Shown here: positions 28,522 to 37,516 of the stretch, piece after piece
Layout: each line of letters starts with the position of its first letter
How positions within the stretch are numbered: position 1 is the stretch's first letter
Source: Chloroflexota bacterium
GTDB lineage: Bacteria > Chloroflexota > Dehalococcoidia > Lucifugimonadales > UBA826
Reading direction: 5' to 3'
DNA: 64,000 nucleotides
NCBI GenBank assembly: GCA_002722155.1
Contig: PBKS01000019.1
Span: forward strand, 60,687-124,686
The notes under the pieces: generated by a model
What the model was told of the DNA's origin: nothing
Seen by the model: the letters and a program-made list of their open reading frames with translations, nothing else
Database searches by the model: none
Translations under genes and position numbers: made by a program

Positions 28522-29666
28522 CGTGTTTCATTATTGTGATTGTTGAACCGGATTATTTTCCCGGGCTGTTTCATTCTCCCGAAGACTGGGTCATCAACAA
28601 TGATTGTAGCACCGGAAATGACAGAGTGTTTGGATTCAAGCCACTCATCGATAGTTCTGCACAAGGTGCCGGGAATTCCCAATTTAGCCATAGTATCTTC
28701 CCATTCCAAAGCAGTTTTACTTAGCCAAACTTCTGAAAACCGCCTAATCCAATTACGAAGACTAGCTTGATTGGACAACAAATTTTTAGTATCAGTCAGC
28801 GGCTCGAGCCATTCAATGTGGTCAATAGTTTCAAGAAAGGGTTTTAAAAATCTTGGTAAAGAGATATTAATGTTAATCCATCGGCCGTCTTTACATTGAT
28901 AAAACCTCTTTATAACAGGATGTCTTTCTTGGTTTCCATGAGTCCTTTTTGAATGCCTAACTAGAGCTGTACCCATACCCTGGTACATAGCATCATGGAC
29001 GGGAATAATGATTTGTTGTCCTTCGCCATGTTTTTCTCTTTGGTAGAGGGCGGCAACTACAGCGGCTGAAGCAGTTATGGCCGCAAATGTGCCGGCGTAC
29101 GGCAATCCATGGAATGAAGGTCCTTCCCCGGGAATGGGAATTTCCCCCGATGGGTTAAGGGAATAAACACCGGAAGCTGCGGCAATGATTCCCTCGTCCG
29201 GCGGTAGATCTTCATGCATATGACCCTTAGGAAAACCTGGTAAAGAAACACACACTAGACCAGGATTCCGCTTTGAAAAAGATTGATACGATAGATCAAA
29301 ACCGTCGTAATAATCGGAATGTCTGTCATAGATCACGACATCTGAAATACCGATCAGCTGCAGCAGATGGTCAATGCCAGCCTTGGCCTTTGTATCTACA
29401 TTGAGAAATTTTTTCCCACGATTCCATACAGAGTTTGCAGAGTTTTCCATTCGAGGCTCGCAATCACTAGTGGAATTGATTCTTGTGACTTCGGCCCCCT
29501 GATCGGATAGCAGCATTCCCAATATTGACCCTACAGGGTATGGACTAAATTCAATAATTTTGTAGCCAGTTAAAGGACCGATTGTATTTTCTCCTTCTAA
29601 TAAATATTTGTGTCCATTGGTATGGGTAATTGGAAAAGGGTGGCAAATATTGAGGTAATGAACCAA
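28518..29666 (-). CDS. Family-III CoA-transferase (CaiB/BaiF family), divergent paralog
   Basis: 382 aa. LTGYKIIEFSPYPVGSILGMLLSDQGAEVTRI. 4-nt overlap with the downstream paralog. Confidence 0.8.
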   Translation of the reverse strand: MVHYLNICHPFPITHTNGHKYLLEGENTIGPLTGYKIIEFSPYPVGSILGMLLSDQGAEVTRINSTSDCEPRMENSANSVWNRGKKFLNVDTKAKAGIDHLLQLIGISDVVIYDRHSDYYDGFDLSYQSFSKRNPGLVCVSLPGFPKGHMHEDLPPDEGIIAAASGVYSLNPSGEIPIPGEGPSFHGLPYAGTFAAITASAAVVAALYQREKHGEGQQIIIPVHDAMYQGMGTALVRHSKRTHGNQERHPVIKRFYQCKDGRWININISLPRFLKPFLETIDHIEWLEPLTDTKNLLSNQASLRNWIRRFSEVWLSKTALEWEDTMAKLGIPGTLCRTIDEWLESKHSVISGATIIVDDPVFGRMKQPGKIIRFNNHNNETR

Positions 29667-29769
29667 TAATTCGGAATTGGGGAATTATACAGGAGGCTAA
29701 AAGTTCCCAAATAACCTTCTTAGTCAACGTACTATATATAGCAAAAGTCCAATTGAATATAATTTGTTT

Positions 29770-30405
29770 ATGAAAAATAGGTCAAGGTCTCAAATAGATG
29801 TAGTAATCGCAACCCGAAACACAGGGAAAATGAATGAAATGAGAAAGATGCTATTCAATACTTCTTTCAGCGCCTTTTCCCTTGATGAAGTGTCTGTGCT
29901 TGAAGAAGTTGAGGAAACAGGAACCTCATTTGAGGAAAATGCTATGTTAAAGGCCGAGACTTATGGGAAATTGAGCGGTAAATTAACCATAGCTGACGAT
30001 TCTGGGATAGAAGTTGATGCATTAGGCGGGGCACCTGGAATTTATTCTGCCCGCTACGGAGGTGATGGAAAAGATGACCAGGATCGCAATAAACTGCTTC
30101 TGGAGAATGTAGAAGGAATACCTGAGCATCATTTGACAGCTAGATTTCGGTGTGTTGTTGCTTTATGGAATCCCATTGATAATACGATAGTGACATTTGA
30201 CGGTAAAATTGAGGGGAAGATTACTAGAAATGTTAGGGGAGAGAACGGATTTGGTTATGATCCGCTGTTCTTTTTTCCTGAAAAAAATAAAACTCTGGCA
30301 GAATTGACTCTAATAGAAAAAGAAAAGGTTAGCCATAGGGGAGAAGCCATGAGGAAGGCTTTAGCATACATGGAAACGAATGTGTTGAGTCTTCAAGGAG
30401 ACTAA
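29770..30405 (+). CDS. rdgB: dITP/XTP pyrophosphatase (RdgB/HAM1)
   Basis: IATRNTGKMNEM, EETGTSFEENA, DDSGIEVDALGGAPGIYSARY and FGYDPLFF motifs. ATG at 29770 (TTG 29764 is an alternative). Confidence 0.9.
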   Translation: MKNRSRSQIDVVIATRNTGKMNEMRKMLFNTSFSAFSLDEVSVLEEVEETGTSFEENAMLKAETYGKLSGKLTIADDSGIEVDALGGAPGIYSARYGGDGKDDQDRNKLLLENVEGIPEHHLTARFRCVVALWNPIDNTIVTFDGKIEGKITRNVRGENGFGYDPLFFFPEKNKTLAELTLIEKEKVSHRGEAMRKALAYMETNVLSLQGD

Positions 30406-30407
30406 AT

Positions 30408-31424
30408 TTGAAGAGCACATCAATATATGACACATTTAATCGGCCCCTACGAGATCTCAGAATCTCTGTAACAGATCGTTGTAATTTCCGGTGCCCATAC
30501 TGTATGCCTGCTGAGATTTTTGGTGACCGATATGAATTTCTTCCTAGAGCAGATTTACTGACTTTTGAAGAGATAAGCCGCATAGTAAAGATTGCCGTTC
30601 AATTAGGAGTAACGAAAGTTAGAATCACCGGCGGTGAACCGTTGGTGCGTCAAAATATAGAAGAACTGGTGCAAATGATTGCTGAAGTAGAAGGGATTGA
30701 AGATTTAGCTATGACCACCAATGCCTACCTGTTATCGGGGTATGCGCAGAAATTAAAAAAAGCAGGGTTGCACCGAATAACGGTAAGTTTAGATTCCTTA
30801 GACGATACTGTTTTCCAGAAAATGAATGGAAGAGGATTCAGTACTGCTCGAGTTTTGGATGGAATAAAAGAAGCGAAAGAAGCAGGGTTACAGCCAATTA
30901 AAATCAATGCTGTTGTGCAGAAAGGGGTTAATGATCATACTGTCATCGAATTAGCAGAGTGGTGTAAGAATAATGGACATATACCCCGGTTTATCGAATA
31001 TATGGACGTTGGCACGTTAAATGATTGGAAGCTCCAAGAAGTTGTTCCTGCGAATGAAATTGTTGACTTAATTGGACAGCGTTTCCCAGCTGACCCCATA
31101 GTACCTACTTATCAAGGGGAAGTCGCTCAAAGATATCGTTATAGGGACGGGCAAGGTGAATTTGGTGTTATCTCTTCTGTATCTCAACCATTCTGCGGAG
31201 ATTGCTCACGGATGAGACTTTCTCCTGAAGGAAAGGCTGTCACTTGTCTTTTTGCGGAGTCGGGTACTGATTTGAGGGAATGGCTAAGAAATGGGGCAAC
31301 AGATGATCAAATTAAACAAACCATTGTTGGTATATGGGGAACCAGAGAGGATCGATATTCTGAAGAACGATCTGAAGAGACGGTAAAAAGAAAGAAAGTT
31401 GAGATGTACCATATTGGCGGCTAA
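30408..31424 (+). CDS. moaA: GTP 3',8-cyclase MoaA (radical SAM)
   Basis: 338 aa. LRISVTDRCNFRCPYCMP radical-SAM cluster and a C-terminal CGDCSRMRLSPEG second cluster. Confidence 0.92.
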   Translation: MKSTSIYDTFNRPLRDLRISVTDRCNFRCPYCMPAEIFGDRYEFLPRADLLTFEEISRIVKIAVQLGVTKVRITGGEPLVRQNIEELVQMIAEVEGIEDLAMTTNAYLLSGYAQKLKKAGLHRITVSLDSLDDTVFQKMNGRGFSTARVLDGIKEAKEAGLQPIKINAVVQKGVNDHTVIELAEWCKNNGHIPRFIEYMDVGTLNDWKLQEVVPANEIVDLIGQRFPADPIVPTYQGEVAQRYRYRDGQGEFGVISSVSQPFCGDCSRMRLSPEGKAVTCLFAESGTDLREWLRNGATDDQIKQTIVGIWGTREDRYSEERSEETVKRKKVEMYHIGG

Positions 31425-31839
31425 TAAATACTCAGAGAAAGCTCCTATCGTCATATATACGGATGGTGCGTGTCTCGGGAATCCAGGCCCTGGCGGTTGG
31501 GGAGCAGTCGTTTTTGTAAACGAAAAAAAAACCATGCTCCATGGTTCACAAGAGAATACCACCAATAACAGAATGGAAATTATGGCTGTAATAGAGGCGT
31601 TAAGATTTATTCCCACAGATGCTGATGTGAAAATCTTTTCTGATTCCACGTACGTTATTAACACCATGACGAAGAATTGGAAAAGAAAAAAGAATCAAGA
31701 CTTGTGGATCATGTTGGATAATGAGGTTGCCGGTAGGAATATTGAATGGCAATGGGTAAAAGGTCATTCTGGAGATCTTTTTAATGAAGAAGCTGACAAA
31801 TTAGCATATGAAGAAGCTCAGAAGGTGTCTAAAAAATGA
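31399..31839 (+). CDS. rnhA: Ribonuclease HI
   Basis: IYTDGACLGNPGPGGWG, TNNRMEIMAVIEAL, SDSTYVIN and WVKGHSG..NEEADKLA motifs. The start is TTG 31399 or TTG 31414; both overlap the moaA 3' end. Confidence 0.9.
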   Translation: MRCTILAANKYSEKAPIVIYTDGACLGNPGPGGWGAVVFVNEKKTMLHGSQENTTNNRMEIMAVIEALRFIPTDADVKIFSDSTYVINTMTKNWKRKKNQDLWIMLDNEVAGRNIEWQWVKGHSGDLFNEEADKLAYEEAQKVSKK

Positions 31840-31871
31840 CAGCAAACTATTTCACAAAAAAGGAATAAAAA

Positions 31872-32378
31872 GTGTCTAAAGCCAAAAAATTAACCCATGT
31901 TAATGAAACCGGCACTGCTAATATGGTGGATGTAGGATCAAAACAAATCACTAAAAGAATTGCGGAAGCTAGAGCCGAAGTGTTCATGCAGGAAGAGACC
32001 ATGGCTTTAATTCGAGATAATTCTTTTGAGAAAGGAGACGTAATTGCTACGGCTCGTATTGCGGGTATCATGGCGGTTAAAGAGACGTCCAGCTTGATAC
32101 CATTGTGCCATCCTCTACCAATTAGCCAGGTAAAATTAGATTTTCAGTTAGATGAGAATAATAGGAATGTTAAGATTGCAGCCACAGTCAAAACCAATGC
32201 TAAAACTGGGGTTGAGATGGAAGCATTAACGGGAGTATCGATAGCAGCTCTCACAATCTACGATATGTGCAAAGCTGTTGATAGAAGTATGCATTTCCAC
32301 GTATGGCTTGCCTCCAAATCCGGTGGTCAGTCAGGCGATTTTGTCTTTGATCCACCTTCCGCACGTCAAGGCAGTTAA
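31872..32378 (+). CDS. moaC: Cyclic pyranopterin monophosphate synthase MoaC
   Basis: 168 aa, GTG start. LTHVNETGTANMVDV, IPLCHPL and TGVEMEALT motifs. Confidence 0.92.
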   Translation: MSKAKKLTHVNETGTANMVDVGSKQITKRIAEARAEVFMQEETMALIRDNSFEKGDVIATARIAGIMAVKETSSLIPLCHPLPISQVKLDFQLDENNRNVKIAATVKTNAKTGVEMEALTGVSIAALTIYDMCKAVDRSMHFHVWLASKSGGQSGDFVFDPPSARQGS

Positions 32379-32393
32379 TTTTTAAGGTTAAAC

Positions 32394-33656
32394 ATGGCTA
32401 GCGCTGCGGCACGGTATCACGGTTTAGACGCCCTGAGGGGAATAGCCATGGTTTTGGGAATAGTGTTGCATGCATCTCTTCCGTACATACCAGGTATTCC
32501 CCCCTCCATTTGGCCTACCGACAATAGCTCTTCCTACCCGGTAAAAATCGTTTTTGAATTTATCCACATGTGGCGGATGCCACTATTTTTCATGTTGGCG
32601 GGGTTTTTTGGTCATTTGGTAATTGCTCGTAGATCTTGGAGGTATTGGTGGAAGAACAGATTTTTAAGAATTGCCTTGCCCATTGTGGTGTTTTTTCCTG
32701 TTATGGGTATGACTCTGCCCTGGATTTGGAAATATGGACATACTGGGGATTTTCATTTTTTTTACTCCAATATGGGACAACCTTTTCACCTGTGGTTCTT
32801 ATGGCAGTTACTGATATTTATGCTACTTTCGATTGCACTTTCTCTCCCTTATAAAGGTTTCAGGTTCCTAATGCTGCAACTGAATGGTCGAGAGCCGGGA
32901 ATTCTGTCTTCAATGTTCCGGAAACTTGCGAATCTTGGACCCATAATTATTTTCAGAGCTAGAATACCAATTGGATTCATTGTGGTTTGCGGGGTTGCCA
33001 ATTTCTGGTCTGGGGGAGAATTAATGATAAATCCTTTGGGAAGTGGGATGTATTTTCTTTTTGGATTCAGCTTGTACAAGAATCCACCCCTTTTTTCTTT
33101 TTTGAAAAAGAGATGGGCATACTATCTTCTGGTTGCTTTTTTGGTTTTTTCTGTCTACGTCATTCTAGACATGAATGGGGTAGAGGATATAACTCAGGTT
33201 ATTTATCAAACTGAAATGGAAAGAAATGCAACAAAACATCTTGGTCTTCTCACTCTAACTATGTATGGTTTGGACATTATCGGGGCGGTGTTGTTTTCAA
33301 TGGGGTTTATAGGCTTGGCAGAAGCCAAATTTGGTTCATACAATGTTTTTTCCCGGTTTCTTTCTGATGGGTCTTATTGGATGTATCTTATCCATTTACC
33401 CATCGTTGCCTTGACCACCTTCTTTCTTTTCGGCTTGCCATTATTGCCAGAAATCAAATTCATCTTGGCTATAGGAGTCACGGGTGGATTCTGTCTATTA
33501 ACCTACTATTATTTTGTGCGCGCTACTTTTATAGGGGTATTTTTGAATGGCCGCCGGCACAGAGGTTTAAATCTTAAAAATGTGTGTTCGATGTGTGGCG
33601 AAATCTTTGAAAATCCTGGGGCGTTTTGTACAGAATGTGGTGGCGAATTAAATTAA
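32394..33656 (+). CDS. Acyltransferase-3 family membrane protein with C-terminal zinc-ribbon
   Basis: 420 aa. YHGLDALRGIAMVLGIVLH start motif, about 10 TMS. The C-terminus is CSMCGEIFENPGAFCTECGGEL (CxxC-x11-CxxC). Confidence 0.8.
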   Translation: MASAAARYHGLDALRGIAMVLGIVLHASLPYIPGIPPSIWPTDNSSSYPVKIVFEFIHMWRMPLFFMLAGFFGHLVIARRSWRYWWKNRFLRIALPIVVFFPVMGMTLPWIWKYGHTGDFHFFYSNMGQPFHLWFLWQLLIFMLLSIALSLPYKGFRFLMLQLNGREPGILSSMFRKLANLGPIIIFRARIPIGFIVVCGVANFWSGGELMINPLGSGMYFLFGFSLYKNPPLFSFLKKRWAYYLLVAFLVFSVYVILDMNGVEDITQVIYQTEMERNATKHLGLLTLTMYGLDIIGAVLFSMGFIGLAEAKFGSYNVFSRFLSDGSYWMYLIHLPIVALTTFFLFGLPLLPEIKFILAIGVTGGFCLLTYYYFVRATFIGVFLNGRRHRGLNLKNVCSMCGEIFENPGAFCTECGGELN

Positions 33657-33745
33657 TTAAATTTGCGTTATAAAATCTGCATATACGGTATTTCTATAGA
33701 AATTCATGAATAAAGTTGCTGAATTTAATGTTGGGAGTCGATTTA

Positions 33746-34957
33746 ATGAAAATAACTAATATAGAAACTCTAATAGTCGATGCAGGGTGGCGACCATGGA
33801 TGTTTGTAAAGGTTGAGACCGATGAAGGAATTACAGGATGGGGAGAATGCAGTGACGGAAAATCTCCCCACGGAATAGAAGGGGTTATTAGGGATCTGAA
33901 GCCAATTTTGATAGGTAAAGACCCGTGTGCGTTTGAGATGAGATTTCAGGAAATGTACATTGGAACCAGAGCTAGCAAGGGTGGTATAGCAGCGAAAGCG
34001 TTAGCAGGACTTGACTGCGCATTTATTGATATCAAAGCTAAATCTTTAAATGTATCTGTAGCTGAATTGTTTGGTGGGCCTACTAGAGAAAAAGTAAGGG
34101 TTTATTGGTCACATTGCGGTTCCAGTAGAATCCGGCATTCTGATATTTTAGGAACGCCACCCATTGAGAGTTGGGATGACGTTGATAGTTTAGGTAAGGA
34201 GGTCAAAAATAGAGGTTTTACAGCCCTTAAAACAAACGTGCTGCTTCCCGGTCAGAATGCTACTTTTGGAGGAGGTTCCTTTGGTGGTGCAGGCACTACG
34301 GATCAAATTGCCCCGAAATGGCTTATTCCCCATATTGAAACTCTCATTGGAACGTTCAGAGATGCTGTTGGGGAGAATATAGATATTAATCTAGATTTGA
34401 ATTTTCACTTCAAAACTGAGGCTTGTTTGAGAATAGCAAAAATTCTTGAGCAATTTGACATGCTATGGCTAGAAATTGATATGTATGACCCTTTAAGCTT
34501 GAGGCAAATCAAAGATTCGACAGATACACGGATCTGCACCGGGGAAAATTTGTTCTACATGAGTGATTATTTACCTTACTTTGAGAATCATTCTGCAGAT
34601 ATGTTTATGATCGATGTGCCCTGGAATGGTTTTAGCCAATCGAAAAAGGTTGGAGACCTCGCCGAAGTTTTCCAACACAACATAGCCCCTCACAATTATT
34701 ACAGTCATTTGTCTACCTTCGTAAGCGCCTCATTGTGTGCCTCCCTGCCAAATGTTCGGATAATGGAGATCGATATTGATGATATTCCTTGGAAAGATGA
34801 ATTAACTACGGCTGTCCCTGAATTAATCGACGGGTATATGACCGTTCCCAACAAACCTGGTTGGGGAGCCGACATCAATGAAGAGGTGGCCAAGGCTCAC
34901 CCTTGGGACGAGAGCAAAATAATGTCTGTTCAATCTACAGGTTACAAAGTGCTATAG
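33746..34957 (+). CDS. Enolase-superfamily enzyme (mandelate racemase / galactonate-dehydratase-like)
   Basis: MKITNIETLIV...VKVETDEGITGWGE capping domain and metal-ligand contexts (LDLNFHF, WLEID). ATG at 33746 follows GGGAG. Confidence 0.85.
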   Translation: MKITNIETLIVDAGWRPWMFVKVETDEGITGWGECSDGKSPHGIEGVIRDLKPILIGKDPCAFEMRFQEMYIGTRASKGGIAAKALAGLDCAFIDIKAKSLNVSVAELFGGPTREKVRVYWSHCGSSRIRHSDILGTPPIESWDDVDSLGKEVKNRGFTALKTNVLLPGQNATFGGGSFGGAGTTDQIAPKWLIPHIETLIGTFRDAVGENIDINLDLNFHFKTEACLRIAKILEQFDMLWLEIDMYDPLSLRQIKDSTDTRICTGENLFYMSDYLPYFENHSADMFMIDVPWNGFSQSKKVGDLAEVFQHNIAPHNYYSHLSTFVSASLCASLPNVRIMEIDIDDIPWKDELTTAVPELIDGYMTVPNKPGWGADINEEVAKAHPWDESKIMSVQSTGYKVL

Positions 34958-35120
34958 ACCATAACTAACGATATAGAATTTGTACAAAAAGATATTCTTA
35001 TTTAGGATCCCATAGATATATACTAGGTAGGGATTTGCCCATTGTGGTAGAATTTCATACTTATTATTAGAAGGAAGGGCAATTTGCTCATCCATTAGTT
35101 TAGGAGCAGGAAGAGAAGAA

Positions 35121-35372
35121 GTGAACATTTACGTTGGAAACATCTCGTATGGTACAAGCGAAGATGATTTAAGAGATTTATTCGCTAGGTACGGCGAGGT
35201 GAGCGCAGTCCGTGTCATTACTGATAGGGACACAGGAAGATCCAAGGGGTTTGGGTTTGTTGAAATGGCTGATGACGAACAGGCTAAAGAAGCCATCGGA
35301 GCTTTAGATAGTAACGATTTCATGGGCCGTGATCTTAGAGTTAATGAGGCTCGACCTAGAGAACCAAGATAA
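35121..35372 (+). CDS. RRM-type RNA-binding protein
   Basis: 83 aa, GTG start. RNP-2 IYVGNI and RNP-1 KGFGFVEM. Confidence 0.9.
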   Translation: MNIYVGNISYGTSEDDLRDLFARYGEVSAVRVITDRDTGRSKGFGFVEMADDEQAKEAIGALDSNDFMGRDLRVNEARPREPR

Positions 35373-35380
35373 GTCTTCAT

Positions 35381-35416
35381 AAGAGGGGGAGAGCAGATAC
35401 CTGCTTCCCTTCTCTT
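35381..35416 (+). terminator. Imperfect long hairpin after the RRM gene
   Basis: aagagggggagagcag / ctgcttcccttctctt, 16 positions with one mismatch and several G-U pairs, loop atac. Followed by the AT-rich atatatt. Confidence 0.45.
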
Positions 35417-35515
35417 ATATATTCCCCCGGACAATTAAAACCTTCAATAAAAACGAAGGCCGCTACAGGCTTCGTTTCTGTTGAGGTGACCAATAATTAG
35501 GAGAGGTATACGGAA

Positions 35516-36568
35516 ATGACAGATGCTAATGAGTCTGGCCTGAAAACAATAGGGACTGATCCATATGTCGGTGAAACCCCACAAGAAGCCCTTGGAAATT
35601 GGGTGACTCCGAATTCCCTCTTTTACGTGCGGTCTCAGTTTGATTATCCTGAAATTGATGAGAAGTCTTGGAAATTACAAGCTTCTGGATCAGGCGGAAA
35701 TGAAATAGCTATTAGTCTGGATGAGTTAAAACAACTGCCAAGACACACCCTAACAGTTACGTTGGAATGTGCCGGTAACAACAGAGGCGATTTAAATCCT
35801 CCAGCTCCAGGAAACCAATTTAGTAATGGTGCCGTCAGCAATGCGGTTTGGTCAGGAACCTCCCTAAGTTCAGTATTATCGAAAATGGAATTGAATAAAG
35901 ATGTCGTAGAGATTCTTTTTGAAGGTGCTGATGTTGGATCACCTTCTGCTGATAAGGAGCCAGAACCTTATTTGCGGAGTTTACCCATTGAATTGGCTAA
36001 GCACCCAGACACACTTTTGGCTTATGAAATGAATGGTGAAGCATTGCCATTGGAGCATGGTTATCCCGTAAGGCTCATTATCCCGGGTTGGTATGGCATG
36101 GCGCATGTGAAATGGGTTAATAAAATAACAGCCTTGACAGAGCCTTATTATGGCACCTTTCAGGGAGAAAAATATGTACTACGGTATCAAGATGGATCTG
36201 AAAAGCCGGTTCAGGAAATACAAGTAAAATCTGCGATAACCGCCCCAAGTGAGGATGAATCCTTAACTTGTTGCGAAGATTACAATATCGAAGGACATGC
36301 GTGGGCTGGGCGAAACGGTATTGCGAAGGTTGAAATTTCCGTAGACGGTGGAAAGGTATGGACACCTGCTGAACTTGTAGGGCCTTCCGAGCAATATGCT
36401 TGGCGTCAGTGGAATTTGCAGTGGAAACCTGAATCAAGTGGTGAGTACACTCTTTTATCCAGGGCGACAGACCAGAAAGGTAATGAACAACCGACAGAAA
36501 CGTTGTGGAACGAGTTAGGCTATGCTGTTAACGGCCAAAAAGGTGTGCACATAACGGTATCTTCTTAA
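35516..36568 (+). CDS. Sulfite-oxidase-family molybdopterin oxidoreductase
   Basis: 350 aa. FYVRSQF, the Mo-ligand Cys context TLECAGNNR, YPVRLIIPGWYG, and a C-terminal Ig-like dimerisation domain. Confidence 0.85.
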   Translation: MTDANESGLKTIGTDPYVGETPQEALGNWVTPNSLFYVRSQFDYPEIDEKSWKLQASGSGGNEIAISLDELKQLPRHTLTVTLECAGNNRGDLNPPAPGNQFSNGAVSNAVWSGTSLSSVLSKMELNKDVVEILFEGADVGSPSADKEPEPYLRSLPIELAKHPDTLLAYEMNGEALPLEHGYPVRLIIPGWYGMAHVKWVNKITALTEPYYGTFQGEKYVLRYQDGSEKPVQEIQVKSAITAPSEDESLTCCEDYNIEGHAWAGRNGIAKVEISVDGGKVWTPAELVGPSEQYAWRQWNLQWKPESSGEYTLLSRATDQKGNEQPTETLWNELGYAVNGQKGVHITVSS

Positions 36569-36602
36569 AAACAATATAGGTTTCAAATTAGGGAAGGGTT
36601 TA

Positions 36603-37154
36603 TTGGCTTGGATAGAAGAAGATTCTAGATACTCAGACGTTGCCAACGTTATTAAATGTATGTCACTTAATGAAGAGGCCATGCATGCTGTTTGGGATAT
36701 GGGGAATAAAATTACCTTTGGTTCTTCTTCATTGACTAGAGCTCAAGAAGAAATAATAGCGACAGTTGTATCCTCCATAAATCATTGCAAGTATTGAACT
36801 GTTTCTCATGGAGAGTATCTTCGTCAAGCTACAGAAGATCCTGAAATGGCGTCGATTATCATGCAGGATTATGGTAATGCAACTCTTGATCCCGAAACCT
36901 TGGCTATCGTTGAGTACGTTGAAAAATTGACTGTACGGCCATCTGAAATAACTGAAGAGGACATTCAAACACTTAGAAAGGTAGGATTGTCAGACCATCA
37001 GGTTCTATCTGTCGTAATGATTACAGCTATGTTCGCCTTCATGAACAGACTCGCTGACGGACTAGGGGTCCAAATAGAAGATTCCAAGGGTGACTTTGTC
37101 AATTCTTGGTTTCAAACAAACGGGCCGATAGGATCTTGGTTGAACGTATCCTAG
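36603..37154 (+). CDS. AhpD-like / carboxymuconolactone-decarboxylase-family peroxidase-related protein with in-frame TGA (candidate selenocysteine) at 36795..36797
   Basis: ORFs 36603..36797 and 36846..37154 share one frame. Read through, the 183-codon product has the family layout (MAWIE..., ...FMNRLADGLGV). The TGA replaces the second Cys of the C-x-Y-C-x3-H motif (INHCKY-TGA-TVSH). TTG start after AGGGAAGGG. Confidence 0.75.
36817..36839 (+). promoter_or_regulatory. Candidate bacterial SECIS hairpin
   Basis: aucuuc / gaagau 6-bp stem (plus a possible inner gu/ac pair) starting 19 nt after the UGA. Confidence 0.4.
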
Positions 37155-37184
37155 CAAAAGAAATAGCCGTTGAAGGTAGTGGTT

Positions 37185-37382
37185 TTATAATTCTATAGAA
37201 GCTGGGTCTATTTTTTTGGAACGGATCCACTCATCAATATCTGCTTTAAAAAATCTCCATTGATGTCCTACTCTATTTGCCGGAATATCTCCTGATTTTA
37301 GTAGTTTGTAAATTGTCATGCGATCCAACTGCAAATATTGTGCCAGCTCTTTGGTAGTCATAAGCCCACTGTCATTTGTCAC
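37185..37382 (-). CDS. Excisionase-family (MerR-superfamily) helix-turn-helix DNA-binding protein
   Basis: 65 aa. LMTTKELAQYLQLDRMTIYKLLKSGDIPANRVGHQWRF matches the 'DNA binding domain, excisionase family' pattern. Confidence 0.75.
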   Translation of the reverse strand: MTNDSGLMTTKELAQYLQLDRMTIYKLLKSGDIPANRVGHQWRFFKADIDEWIRSKKIDPASIEL

Positions 37383-37516
37383 CTATACACCCCCTCAATT
37401 CGACTTTTTAAATTGTCCAAAAATATGAATTATTTATCTATTATTCCTGTAGCTATTCATCATATTCATGGTAAAAATTGGAAGATACATATGTCAATCC
37501 ATATTGGAATTTCAAA

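Noticed and set aside
32560-32568. Perfect DnaA box TTATCCACA
   Set aside because: It is a single occurrence inside the acyltransferase-3 coding sequence (encoding FIHM). About 0.5 perfect boxes are expected by chance in 64 kb. I used it only as a background control for the intergenic cluster.
37185-37382. Excisionase-family HTH gene as a sign of a prophage or integrative element
   Set aside because: No integrase, recombinase, phage structural genes or flanking direct repeats are visible. The neighbouring genes are ordinary chromosomal ones. It is more likely a stand-alone MerR-like regulator.
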